Positions 1 through 8,927 of a DNA stretch of 64,000 nucleotides are shown here, in pieces. The stretch is from a virus. Its lineage: Duplodnaviria; Caudoviricetes. Every line of letters begins with the position of its first letter. Position 1 is the stretch's first letter. The notes below the pieces were generated by a model. That model had not been told where the DNA came from. It searched no databases and was given only the letters and a program-made list of their open reading frames with translations. Both the position numbers and the translations under genes were made by a program. Where the stretch lies: positions 6,498 to 70,497 of IMG/VR virus record IMGVR_UViG_3300014656_000025; one strand, written 5' to 3'.

Positions 1-45
1 TCAGGGAAATAGTTAGAAACGCAAGCAGCGCAGAAGGGACTTAAA

Positions 46-309
46 GTGCCTAATCAGATAGTCGATGCCATAATGCGTCCTTGTGTTTGGTTATGTGTAT
101 GGCTTGAAGACTTGGAAGTGTCTTTTGAAAAGGCGGCAGCGATTGCTGCTGGTGTGTTTATCGCAGGATTAGTTGTGATAGCAGTATTGATAGTGTGCAT
201 CGCGCTTGGTGCAACTGTTGTCTTCTGGGTAGTTGCAACGGTGTTACTGCTTATAGTAATTGTAGGATACTTCTACCATAGAATTATAGAATACTTGAGG
301 GCATTTTGA
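46..309 (+). CDS. hypothetical membrane protein
   Basis: 87-aa ORF with a long hydrophobic segment; stop overlaps the recA start. Confidence 0.5.
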   Translation: MPNQIVDAIMRPCVWLCVWLEDLEVSFEKAAAIAAGVFIAGLVVIAVLIVCIALGATVVFWVVATVLLLIVIVGYFYHRIIEYLRAF

Positions 310-1397
310 TGGCTAACGATGATAAGTTATCTGCAATCATCAAACAAGTCAACAGCGATGTCAACGCAGAAATGTTGCAACGAGCATCTGCTATTGATGT
401 TGGCGATAGAATTGCAACAGGATTAGTCAGTCTCGACAAGACGTTGCGTGGAGGGCTACCTGTTGGTGCCCCCATCCTACTGGCAGGCTTCAAGTCAACT
501 GGTAAGTCAGCGTTTTGTTATCATATGGCGCAACGTGTATTTGAAGATACTGGCGGCGTAATTGTACTCGTGCAAACAGAACCAGGGTTTGACATCGAGT
601 GGGCGGCTATGTGCGGATTGCCAACAGACAACACCATATTCACCACTTGCGAAGACGCTTCTGGCAAGCATGATATGGGCGGGGACTTGTCGGATACGCT
701 TGACGTAGTGCTAATGCTACTGAAGAAACACAAGCCAGCTTGCGTTATTCTCGATAGTCTCTCTGCTCTCTCAGGTTCTATGGATAAAGCAGTGGGTGAT
801 GGAAAGTCGCGTGGCGATAGAGCAAAGCCTATAGCGGAGTTTTTCCGCAAACTGAATTGGCACATGGACAAGGAAACTCCACCACTAATGCTTGTGGTAG
901 AACACTTGCAGCCCAACTTAGCATCGTCATATGGCGGCCAGATAACCACAGGTGGCGTAGTCAAGGGCTACATAGCCACTACTGAGATATGGTTTAGGCG
1001 AGTTGGGAGAGTGGTAGAGGTTGTTGATGAATTGCTTGATGAAAAAGGTAAGCCACGCGAGTTGCCAGTAGAATTAGAGATTACTTGGGAAATCAAGAAG
1101 TCTAAGACAAGTCCTGAGGGTGGCGTTGGTAAGTTCAACTTGGGCTTGAGAGACACTCAGATTATTCGCGCAGGAGAAATCTCAGACTTCGAGGATTTGA
1201 TGGCGCAAGCGATTATGCTTGGAATTGTTGAGAAGAAGGGAAGTTGGTTCATGTATGGAGGAGAGAAATATCAAGGCATCTTCAACCTCAGGTCGTCACT
1301 TACGACAGATGCTCTCAAAGAACTCATCGCAGGTGCGGGGGAGGAATCAGGAAAAGAAAATAGCGGAGGAGATGGGGGCGAGGAGAGTTCCGAATAG
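306..1397 (+). CDS. recA: RecA/UvsX-like recombinase
   Basis: Walker A GFKSTGKS, Walker B VILDSL, RecA-like TGLVSLDKTL..GGLP, TTGG, KKGSWF..GEKYQG. Confidence 0.88.
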   Translation: MMANDDKLSAIIKQVNSDVNAEMLQRASAIDVGDRIATGLVSLDKTLRGGLPVGAPILLAGFKSTGKSAFCYHMAQRVFEDTGGVIVLVQTEPGFDIEWAAMCGLPTDNTIFTTCEDASGKHDMGGDLSDTLDVVLMLLKKHKPACVILDSLSALSGSMDKAVGDGKSRGDRAKPIAEFFRKLNWHMDKETPPLMLVVEHLQPNLASSYGGQITTGGVVKGYIATTEIWFRRVGRVVEVVDELLDEKGKPRELPVELEITWEIKKSKTSPEGGVGKFNLGLRDTQIIRAGEISDFEDLMAQAIMLGIVEKKGSWFMYGGEKYQGIFNLRSSLTTDALKELIAGAGEESGKENSGGDGGEESSE

Positions 1398-1614
1398 TGG
1401 CGCGATTGGTGGGCTGAAGGGCGACCTCGTGGACGGAGACTTCTTGATTGAAAGCAAGGCAACTGACAAGGGTAGCCTGAGCATTAGCGCAGCGACGCTA
1501 CGTAAGATAAAGGAAGAAGCTACTGGGCGTGCGAAAATACCAGCGATGATGATTAGGATACAAGACGAAGAGTGGTGCATAGTACCTAAGCAGATATGGG
1601 AGGCGTTGAGATGA
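1309..1614 (+). CDS. Holliday junction resolvase, Hjc-like PD-(D/E)XK nuclease
   Basis: GRNQEKKIA..GARRVPNSGA..KGDL..LIESK; probable ATG at 1309 within ORF-track 1219..1614. Confidence 0.75.
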   Translation: MLSKNSSQVRGRNQEKKIAEEMGARRVPNSGAIGGLKGDLVDGDFLIESKATDKGSLSISAATLRKIKEEATGRAKIPAMMIRIQDEEWCIVPKQIWEALR

Positions 1615-2060
1615 GAGTATGGATAGTTGTAACACTGATGGCGATGGCGGTTGTGGTGTGGGCAGACGAGCAGCCCAAACAAGTCAAGCGGTACGAGTTT
1701 GCAATGGATACCAGCGAACTGGTGGAAGGTGTCGAAGGGCTTGCGGACCTACTTGAGAAGAAACTAAGTGGGCCTGCGAAGGATTATTACGATGTGATAA
1801 TAGCGAAAAACAAGGTGTACGGGAAGATAGGAACGCGGGCTGGTGTAATACTCATACTCGCTTGTATTGTATGTATAGTATTGAGCTGTTATTTTTCAAA
1901 TGGATTCAACGAGAGCATGTCTGTAGGATTTGGCGTAGGGGCAGTAATAACAGGTTTTGTTGGTGCAGTCTTGTTCGGACAAAATATAGGGTTGTTGTTG
2001 GCTCCCGAATACCATGCCATGAACCAATTTCTCGAAACAGCTAGCAAATTTATTCCGTAG
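1611..2060 (+). CDS. hypothetical membrane protein with N-terminal signal-like segment
   Basis: ATGA overlap with the upstream stop; hydrophobic N-terminus plus two TM-like segments. Confidence 0.6.
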   Translation: MRVWIVVTLMAMAVVVWADEQPKQVKRYEFAMDTSELVEGVEGLADLLEKKLSGPAKDYYDVIIAKNKVYGKIGTRAGVILILACIVCIVLSCYFSNGFNESMSVGFGVGAVITGFVGAVLFGQNIGLLLAPEYHAMNQFLETASKFIP

Positions 2061-2074
2061 AAAAGGTGTGTTGA

Positions 2075-2476
2075 ATGGCAACAACGAAATATCCAACTAA
2101 ACAGTGGATAAAAGAGCGTTTTGACTTCTGGCGAGAAAAGATGTTGCTATTGCATTGGGACATTGACCTGTGCATCGAAGATGATAAAAGCGTTGATGAT
2201 GATGGGAATGTTGGTAATGCTGCTGCTAAACCCCACTATCTCATGGGCACGGTTACTGTTGCTAGAAAACAAAGCAAAATCGTTGTAGATAGTGTGATTG
2301 TTCACGAACTAGGACATTTTATCACTTCTGATTTCTTGAGAAAAGCTAGGAAGATTGTGGACATGACGTGTTCTGCTGAGTTGAAGAAAGTCATGCTGTC
2401 CACAGTTAGTGATATGAACGAGACATTGGTTAGTCATGTTGCAAACATGCTAATGGAAATGTATGGTGAGAAATGA
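2075..2476 (+). CDS. putative HExxH metallopeptidase-like protein
   Basis: IVHELGH motif. Confidence 0.5.
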   Translation: MATTKYPTKQWIKERFDFWREKMLLLHWDIDLCIEDDKSVDDDGNVGNAAAKPHYLMGTVTVARKQSKIVVDSVIVHELGHFITSDFLRKARKIVDMTCSAELKKVMLSTVSDMNETLVSHVANMLMEMYGEK

Positions 2477-2667
2477 CAACGTGGATTAGGCGAGATGATT
2501 ACAGGTACAAGGTGCTTACAAGCAAGTCAGATGTTGACAAAGAACTTGCGAAGTCTAGGCCAGATGATAGTGGTGAGAGCGAAGAAGTTAGAGCGCGGAA
2601 TGGGCGATATTATAGTGGGCGTGGAAAAAAATCAGTAACAATTGTAGAATGGGATGGTGAGAAGTGA
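2473..2667 (+). CDS. hypothetical protein
   Basis: ATGA-coupled ORF in operon. Confidence 0.55.
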   Translation: MTTWIRRDDYRYKVLTSKSDVDKELAKSRPDDSGESEEVRARNGRYYSGRGKKSVTIVEWDGEK

Positions 2668-2864
2668 AAGTATTGAGATACCTACTTGGCTTGGTGGTAG
2701 CCGCAGCGTTGTTCCTAGTGATGTACGCCTGCGTGTTTGGCATAAATACATACATGAATTGGAACATACCTAGTATGGTTGAGTGGGCTAGATATACGCT
2801 TCAGTGTGTTGGTGCTACATGTATTCTCGTAATAATCTATGGTGCAGCGGTTGGTGACAGGTGA
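2664..2864 (+). CDS. hypothetical membrane protein
   Basis: GTGA-coupled ORF, two hydrophobic segments. Confidence 0.55.
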   Translation: MKVLRYLLGLVVAAALFLVMYACVFGINTYMNWNIPSMVEWARYTLQCVGATCILVIIYGAAVGDR

Positions 2865-3088
2865 GCAAATCAGCAGAGACTAAAAAACTGAAGGAAGCTA
2901 TTGAAGAAAAGATTTATGACGCATGGTATGCGTTCGAAGAAGCAGTTGAAGCCGCAGAAGAAAGTGAACTAACGTGGGGATATAATGATTGGCCCATATA
3001 TGAATTGAAAGATGTGATATGCGATTGCTATGAATACCTTAGTAAATTTTCATCAAGCAAAGTGCGAAGAAAGAAGGCTGTTGAATAA
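2861..3088 (+). CDS. hypothetical protein
   Basis: GTGA-coupled acidic ORF. Confidence 0.55.
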   Translation: MSKSAETKKLKEAIEEKIYDAWYAFEEAVEAAEESELTWGYNDWPIYELKDVICDCYEYLSKFSSSKVRRKKAVE

Positions 3089-3763
3089 ATGACTGACCTA
3101 TCACATGAGTTTGAAGCCCTACAACCTAAGCGAACAGAGAATTGGCCTAAGTACCTATGGAGGGCATCTGGCCTTGGCTACTGTTATCGTCGCCAGGTAC
3201 TCTCTGCAAAGCGCATCAACCTGCCTTTGTCTGCTGGTGATACTTGCAGGTTCTCCGTTCACAACGGAGCGCACAACGAAGTACAACAGTGGTTTGCTGA
3301 CGCATATCCAGACGCAATACTCGAAGACGAAGAAATATGCGACAATCCAGAATTGCAAATCACTGGACATCCAGACGTAATCCTCCCCACGCAGAAGGTG
3401 CTTGTTGAAGTAAAGACCCTGAACTCGTGGTACTTGAAGAAGATACTATCTGGAGATGTAGAGATGTATTGGCTGCAACAGATAAATTACTACCTACACC
3501 AGTTAGGGGAGGATTACGTTGGATACTCATTCTTAGTGGATGAGAGCGGTGTCAAACACGCGGTTGAGTGTGAACGCGACAACACGTTTATGGATACTAT
3601 CAACACGCTCAATGTGTCGTGGGAGACTGATATTCTGCCACCGCCATGTTGGGAGTGCGATGGTTGCAGGAATGACGAGAAGTGTCCTATTAGGCACATC
3701 TGCACAGAACCCATAGATACCATAAGTGGGTTCAGCGATGTTGTCAAGGAAGAACTATCGTGA
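3089..3763 (+). CDS. Cas4-like / PD-(D/E)XK exonuclease with probable Fe-S cluster
   Basis: RASGLGYCYRR (first Cys), GHPD..VEVKT, QINYY, C-terminal Cys cluster CWECDGC..CPIRHIC. Confidence 0.8.
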   Translation: MTDLSHEFEALQPKRTENWPKYLWRASGLGYCYRRQVLSAKRINLPLSAGDTCRFSVHNGAHNEVQQWFADAYPDAILEDEEICDNPELQITGHPDVILPTQKVLVEVKTLNSWYLKKILSGDVEMYWLQQINYYLHQLGEDYVGYSFLVDESGVKHAVECERDNTFMDTINTLNVSWETDILPPPCWECDGCRNDEKCPIRHICTEPIDTISGFSDVVKEELS

Positions 3764-3993
3764 AGCCAGAAGGAGTGTTCAAGCAGGCACTCTACGCCAT
3801 CCACGAGCGCAGCCAGCGTAGAATAAGCGATGCGCAGTTGGCAGATGTGTTGTCAGACCCCGCACTAAACGACAGGGAGTTTGAGTGGATACACAAGTTA
3901 GTACCGTCGTTCTGGAGTGGAAAAGCAGGACAAACGTTAGCAATCAGACTATCAGAGATTGGAGATGCGAGAAATAAAAACTCAAAAATGTGA
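3760..3993 (+). CDS. hypothetical protein
   Basis: coupled ORF in operon. Confidence 0.5.
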   Translation: MKPEGVFKQALYAIHERSQRRISDAQLADVLSDPALNDREFEWIHKLVPSFWSGKAGQTLAIRLSEIGDARNKNSKM

Positions 3994-4267
3994 TTATGAA
4001 AATAATCAGAACTATATCGAACTTACATTGATAAATGGCAATAAGCAATGGTTTTTTGCTGATGCAATTGTTTTTTATTATACGCAAGAGACCGGAGCAT
4101 ATCCGCCAGTATTTACTATAGTGGATAGCAATACTGCTGCACCTGGTTGTGGAATTAGAGTTAGCGACATTGCATCAAGTGCTGTTATTGAAACACCAGA
4201 AAAAATCAAGAGCATGATAACTGCATCAAAACAACAAAGAGATGGAGTGATACAAAATGCCGAGTAA
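3965..4267 (+). CDS. hypothetical protein
   Basis: ORF-track 3959..4267; ATG at 3965. Confidence 0.5.
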   Translation: MREIKTQKCDYENNQNYIELTLINGNKQWFFADAIVFYYTQETGAYPPVFTIVDSNTAAPGCGIRVSDIASSAVIETPEKIKSMITASKQQRDGVIQNAE

Positions 4268-4700
4268 GTGGAACAGGTTCAGTGAATGGTTGGGTGAGAT
4301 GTTGCCTCGTAAGGGTATTGCACACACAGAATTGCCAGAAATTGTTGGTGGAGGCCATCGACAGTTTTTCGCGCAGATTTCAAGTGTGCCAATATTGCAG
4401 AAGAGAGAACATAGGTTGAAGCTGTTGGCAGAAAAGCTGATGGAGCCACTAAGCAAGTTGCGGTTCTTGTCTGGTATCAATCCGTGGACACACTTGCCAC
4501 TTGATGACCAGTTAGCACTCTGGGAGGCTATTGAGCGCATCGTATTGGTTGGTAATAATCCAGACTTGCCAACGTTGCGCGAGAGATTGGATAAAGCGGT
4601 GAAGGCTGGCATTGCACCTTCGATGCTTCCTGAAGGACTGTTGGAGAGGCTATCAGAAAATGGGAACGCAAATGCGGAAGACGTGGGCACTGGCGAGTGA
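4257..4700 (+). CDS. hypothetical protein; its stop codon lies in the IS right end
   Basis: 147-aa ORF whose TGA (4698-4700) is part of the IS terminal GTGA (TCAC on - strand). Confidence 0.6.
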   Translation: MPSKWNRFSEWLGEMLPRKGIAHTELPEIVGGGHRQFFAQISSVPILQKREHRLKLLAEKLMEPLSKLRFLSGINPWTHLPLDDQLALWEAIERIVLVGNNPDLPTLRERLDKAVKAGIAPSMLPEGLLERLSENGNANAEDVGTGE

Positions 4701-4765
4701 CTGCTCCCCCGCCTAAAGACGGGGGCTTCTAGGGCCTAGCCCAAGCACGCCAGCCCGCGTGCTAA
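4697..4765 (-). ncRNA. 3' part of the TnpB omega/reRNA scaffold (copy 1)
   Basis: right-end hairpins GCTT-GGGC-TAG-GCCC-TAG-AAGC and the terminal stem before TCAC; same architecture as copy 2. Confidence 0.65.
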
Positions 4766-5842
4766 AATGTTCAGCGCAGCATTGATGTCTCTGTCGATTT
4801 CTAAGCAGCACTGAGGACAAGTATGAATTCGGTCAGACAACTTTTTCTCGACAATTTCTCCGCAACCACTGCACATTTTAGACGTGTTGCGCGGGTCAAC
4901 GAACACGACTGTTCGGCTAGCTTCTTCCGCTTTGCTCGAACAGCATTGTGTGAATTGATTCCACGCCACGTCTGCGATGCTTCTGTTCATGCTGCGCCAG
5001 TTACCATTTTGCATGTCCTGAATGTCCAACTTCTCAAACGCAAGCAACTGATATGTGTTGATGAGTTTTCTGCTCGTCTGGTGGGCAAAGTTGTGACGCC
5101 GATTGGCAATGCGCTTGTAAATATGCTGCACAACACGCTTGTGTTTTCTGCGCTCAGGAGTGCCCTTTGTGTCTTTGCTCAGGCGGCGTTGGGCTTTAGC
5201 AAGAGCTTTTTGGTCGCGCTTGAAAAAGCGAGGGTTCTTAATCTGCTCACCATTCGAGAGCGTGGCAAAGTGAGCAAGCCCGACATCCACGCCCGCAACC
5301 TTATCAGTCTGCGGCAAGGGCTTCGGCTCAACAATGCAGGAGAAAGATGCATACCAATAGCCGAGACTATCTCTGCGGATTGTCAGCGTTTTGGGTTGCC
5401 CTTCGATAGGCCGGTGGGCTTTGATTTTGACATCGCCAACCTTAGACAAATGCAAACACCCATTGTCCAGAAGTCGCCAGTTACTCCCCTTCTGCGGGTA
5501 CATGAAAGAATCGTAGCGGTCAGCGCCTCTGAAGCGCGGATACCCAGGCTTTTGTCCTGCCTTGATACGACGGAAGAAAGCGCGAAAGGCAAGGTCAACA
5601 CGCTTCTGAGCATCTTGCATAGCCTGGGAATGGCCTTCTTTCAACCACTCTTCTTGCTGCTTCCACAAAGGCAACAGGTTGTGAGTATCATATCGGCTCA
5701 AAGACTTTTGCTCGTTCTGCCAAGTATCTCTGCGCACTTCAAGCGTCTTGTTATAGACCCAACGGCAGCAGTCTAACTGCTTCTGCAAAGCAGAAACCTG
5801 AGCCTTCGTAGGAAACAACCTGTACTTGAATGTCTTGCGCAT
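4736..5842 (-). CDS. tnpB: TnpB RNA-guided endonuclease (copy 1)
   Basis: N-terminal YRLFPT HTH, RuvC GVDVG / AFEKL / DRDINAALN, Zn finger CSGC..CPQC. Confidence 0.95.
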   Translation of the reverse strand: MRKTFKYRLFPTKAQVSALQKQLDCCRWVYNKTLEVRRDTWQNEQKSLSRYDTHNLLPLWKQQEEWLKEGHSQAMQDAQKRVDLAFRAFFRRIKAGQKPGYPRFRGADRYDSFMYPQKGSNWRLLDNGCLHLSKVGDVKIKAHRPIEGQPKTLTIRRDSLGYWYASFSCIVEPKPLPQTDKVAGVDVGLAHFATLSNGEQIKNPRFFKRDQKALAKAQRRLSKDTKGTPERRKHKRVVQHIYKRIANRRHNFAHQTSRKLINTYQLLAFEKLDIQDMQNGNWRSMNRSIADVAWNQFTQCCSSKAEEASRTVVFVDPRNTSKMCSGCGEIVEKKLSDRIHTCPQCCLEIDRDINAALNILARGLACLG

Positions 5843-5848
5843 GATTAC

Positions 5849-5877
5849 AGTTTATCACAAAACTTATGCAAAGTCAA
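5849..5877 (-). promoter_or_regulatory. sigma70-type promoter, leaderless tnpB1
   Basis: TTGACT-N17-TAAACT with TGn extension; ATG 6 nt downstream. Confidence 0.6.
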
Positions 5878-6027
5878 TGCTGTATAATCCAATTCATCTC
5901 CCCGCTCAAGAGCGGGACAAGCTCTGTAGCCCCAGAACCAAAACATTCTGCCTGTCAAGCACATAAATACGAAAGCGTACTTGTAGATGCAAATATTCAT
6001 GCAGAAAGCAGGAATTTGTTAACAATT

Positions 6028-6204
6028 ATGTCTAGCAAACTCCGAAAAACATGGGCAATAGCAACAGATTGTTTCGACAAAGACACGTCAGATTTCATAC
6101 TACACGCCTATACCATCGTGAAGTTTGGCAAGGATTCGTTGCGGAACTTGGATGATGCCGAGTTTGACATGTTGATTGCTTGGTTGGAAGAGATGCCAGA
6201 ATGA
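6028..6204 (+). CDS. hypothetical protein
   Basis: ATG at 6028; ATGA-coupled to the next gene. Confidence 0.45.
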   Translation: MSSKLRKTWAIATDCFDKDTSDFILHAYTIVKFGKDSLRNLDDAEFDMLIAWLEEMPE

Positions 6205-6791
6205 CCACACCGCAACGCGAACAAGCCCTGTGTGACATCATTGGATTGGCGAGGGGTCTCCCCCCTGGCGCAATCAATGCTGAAGAGTTTGATATGGCGC
6301 AACTCACTACAGAGATAGACCAACTGGGTGTGTCCTTAGTAGCATTAGAATGGGCGATGTCAGCAGCAATAGGGTTGCTTACTTTGCGCCGCCAGATACT
6401 CAGCGACCTCAATGACATACAGTACAACAAGACACGACGGCCTATGTATTCCCTCAAGGTATATGAGATTCTTGCAAAAACACTCTCGGTTGTACAGGAT
6501 ATGGAAATACTGGATATGAGTGTGCCGATTTCGTCATACCAAGCAGCTTGCCAAACAGGGCGACAAAAAGGCGTACTCACACCAAGCGATAGACAAACTA
6601 TCATGGCTTACGCTGTCAGCCAAAAGCTAAGTGTCTCGCGCATCAAGGCTGTGTGTAGGGAACTTGGTAGGTTGAAGGAAACCGTTGGAGAAGATGCGAT
6701 AACAGTATTACTAGGGGATATGGCTGATGTCGTAGAGCGCAGAAACTTAATTGAAGAGGTGAATACAGATGAAACAACTGACGATGAATGA
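6201..6791 (+). CDS. hypothetical protein
   Basis: ORF-track 6180..6791; ATG at 6201. Confidence 0.6.
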   Translation: MTTPQREQALCDIIGLARGLPPGAINAEEFDMAQLTTEIDQLGVSLVALEWAMSAAIGLLTLRRQILSDLNDIQYNKTRRPMYSLKVYEILAKTLSVVQDMEILDMSVPISSYQAACQTGRQKGVLTPSDRQTIMAYAVSQKLSVSRIKAVCRELGRLKETVGEDAITVLLGDMADVVERRNLIEEVNTDETTDDE

Positions 6792-7224
6792 AGTGGTTGG
6801 CATTATTACTGGTTTGCACGAGGGAGATAAAGAAATTACATTCATCGAAGTCAGTGGTGGGATAATAGTTCCTATTGATGCTGATGGCTTTCAATTTGCC
6901 ATCTGGCTCAAGAATGTTATGGGCGACGACTTTATGTTGACAGCTTTTGACATCATTGATGTGCCAATTCAGTGCGATGAGGAAAATGAAATCAATGACG
7001 CAATCCAGCAGATAAGCGAAAGGTTTCATATAGGCGGTGCGCTACAAGACCATCTAATGCTACCGTTGCGAGGGCCAATGTTCTGGATGCGCACACGTTT
7101 CTATACAGAACAGGAAGTCGGTGACGACTTGTATTTGATGCGAGTAGTTGCGCAAGAAGCAATGGATACAATCACAGATATTCGGCTTGAAACATCACTC
7201 AGCACACAACTTGATGAATCCTGA
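6769..7224 (+). CDS. hypothetical protein
   Basis: 151-aa ORF, last of the + strand operon; convergent with GT4. Confidence 0.6.
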   Translation: MKQLTMNEVVGIITGLHEGDKEITFIEVSGGIIVPIDADGFQFAIWLKNVMGDDFMLTAFDIIDVPIQCDEENEINDAIQQISERFHIGGALQDHLMLPLRGPMFWMRTRFYTEQEVGDDLYLMRVVAQEAMDTITDIRLETSLSTQLDES

Positions 7225-8244
7225 CACCATACTGTCCAACGTCAATTCATTATTGGCTATCTTCTGCGCGGGCTTCATATCAGTGTTCCGCGCTTTTTCT
7301 ACTCCACTAAGCAACGACTGGACATTGCCAAACGAACAAAACCCCACTGTATCACCAAAGAGCGCGTACATATCACCTATAGGTGTCATCACCACGGGTG
7401 TCCCCACCATCAAAGCCTCCATTGCATAAAACGGAAACGCTCCGGTATGCGCAGGAAACACAAACACATCCATAGCCTCGTACCACTCTTTGCGATGCGT
7501 GGGTATCATCGGCAACATGGTAATCATGCCGCGCATCTTCTCTAGGTCAGTGGTCTCATTCCCCCACCCGCACGCGAAGATGCGGGCCTCCAAATTCTTG
7601 GCAGCAGCTATTATGGCTCCAATACCAAATGTATCATTAAATTCTCCCATGTAACCTAGTACGGTATCATGTTCGCTTATACCCCAATATTCCCTGATGT
7701 TGATACCCATTGCTTCTGGCTTAACAGCGCAGCCTCTCACTACGGTGGGAATGATGGTGGGGTTAAACCCTGTGATAAACTGAGCTAACAGGTTTGAGAC
7801 AGTTCCATATGTGTCGAAGTTGGTTTTTTCTAAGTCCTTCAACACAGACACTGGATTGAAGTCGTAAGCCATAAAAACGCTATGGACACCTGCGGCACTA
7901 CAGATGTCCTCTGTGTTATGGGTTGCCATAGTGCCGGTTTTGGGGTCAGCTTGAGAAAACGCAGTCTTCCCAACAACGACGACATCAACACCAGTGTCTT
8001 TGATGTAAGCAGCAACATCACTAGCCCATGTTTCTTTGTACGCCCTGAAGTTCAATTCAGAAACAACTTGGTCCTCAATAAGTCCAACAGTACCCTGTAT
8101 ACCAGGATGTCCCTCTGCCGCGAATATTACTGATACGTCTACTTTCTTTTTGGGTAGATTCTGCGCCAAGTGAGTTATGTACTGTGCTTCTCCTGTTGGA
8201 TAAGCCGATTCAGTCAGAAACAAGATGTGCATCTCAGCCTCCAT
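7195..8244 (-). CDS. glycosyltransferase, GT-B (GT4-like)
   Basis: MHILFLTES..GEAQY..LAQNL; MDVFVFP....FPFYAMEALMVGTPVVMT. Confidence 0.85.
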   Translation of the reverse strand: MEAEMHILFLTESAYPTGEAQYITHLAQNLPKKKVDVSVIFAAEGHPGIQGTVGLIEDQVVSELNFRAYKETWASDVAAYIKDTGVDVVVVGKTAFSQADPKTGTMATHNTEDICSAAGVHSVFMAYDFNPVSVLKDLEKTNFDTYGTVSNLLAQFITGFNPTIIPTVVRGCAVKPEAMGINIREYWGISEHDTVLGYMGEFNDTFGIGAIIAAAKNLEARIFACGWGNETTDLEKMRGMITMLPMIPTHRKEWYEAMDVFVFPAHTGAFPFYAMEALMVGTPVVMTPIGDMYALFGDTVGFCSFGNVQSLLSGVEKARNTDMKPAQKIANNELTLDSMVSGFIKLCAE

Positions 8245-8262
8245 GTTTTATATTGGAAATAG

Positions 8263-8373
8263 TCAGTTCTTTGGTCCCCATATTTTATACACGAGCCAAC
8301 TCAAACCAGCAAAAGCAATACCCGCGATAGCAAGACCTAAAACACCAGATAATGAACCATCTGAGGTTACCAT
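8263..8373 (-). CDS. small single-TM protein (not in ORF track)
   Basis: MVTSDGSLSGVLGLAIAGIAFAGLSWLVYKIWGPKN; fills the gap in the operon. Confidence 0.45.
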   Translation of the reverse strand: MVTSDGSLSGVLGLAIAGIAFAGLSWLVYKIWGPKN

Positions 8374-8927
8374 TGCTTGTTGTCCATTACAACATCAGGC
8401 TCAACGGAAAGCAAATCGACTTTATTGCCAATTAAACTAGACATTGGAATCTCATAAGCTCTTCCAGTCGAATAGTATCCAAGTTTCTCTCGTGCTTGAT
8501 AAGCAATTTCAGTGTCTATGCCAACGAGTAACGGCAGTGCTTTGCGACTTCCAATTTCACCGAGTATCCAAGTGGAAGCGTAACGTGAACATGGTGGGAT
8601 GTGTGCATTACCAACCATTGCTGACAATTCTTCAATAATTGGATTGGGGTTTGTAATCTTTGAGCGTTGATAATCACGCCCCTTCTTAACCAACGCTATT
8701 GCGGCCAGTTTTATCGGTTCATCGCCGTGCTCTACTACGGTTAGCAACGCTTCATCGGTGCGCTTGTCGTTTATGTTAGCCATGTTACAAACAGCTTGCG
8801 TCCGAACATCAACATCGTTCGACACAATATCTTTTGACAACTGCTCCATAGGGTCAATTGAACATCCAAACAAAAACACTATCAGCCCTACGCAAATTGC
8901 GATTCTATGACTAATGCTATGTTGCAC
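8367..8927 (-). CDS. HEAT-repeat lipoprotein
   Basis: lipobox-like FLFGC; HEAT-like DVDVRTQAV..., RYASTWILGEIGSRKALPLL. Confidence 0.65.
   Translation of the reverse strand: MQHSISHRIAICVGLIVFLFGCSIDPMEQLSKDIVSNDVDVRTQAVCNMANINDKRTDEALLTVVEHGDEPIKLAAIALVKKGRDYQRSKITNPNPIIEELSAMVGNAHIPPCSRYASTWILGEIGSRKALPLLVGIDTEIAYQAREKLGYYSTGRAYEIPMSSLIGNKVDLLSVEPDVVMDNKQW

Larger units (their letters stand above)
4697..5930 (-). mobile_element. IS200/IS605-family element, tnpB only (no tnpA)
   Basis: tnpB plus right end GAAG-CCCCCGTC-TTTA-GGCGGGGG-AGCAG-TCAC ending at 4697; left-end-like hairpin CCCGCTC-TT-GAGCGGG near 5901-5916; exact left boundary uncertain. Confidence 0.85.

Noticed and set aside
3089-3763. 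Cas4-like gene as evidence of a CRISPR-Cas locus
   Set aside because: No repeat-spacer array or other cas genes seen; solo Cas4-like nucleases are common in phage recombination modules
4823-5776. 317-aa + strand ORF, and similar - strand ORFs at 40306..40944 and 40948..41364
   Set aside because: Antisense shadows of the two tnpB genes; no independent motifs or start signals
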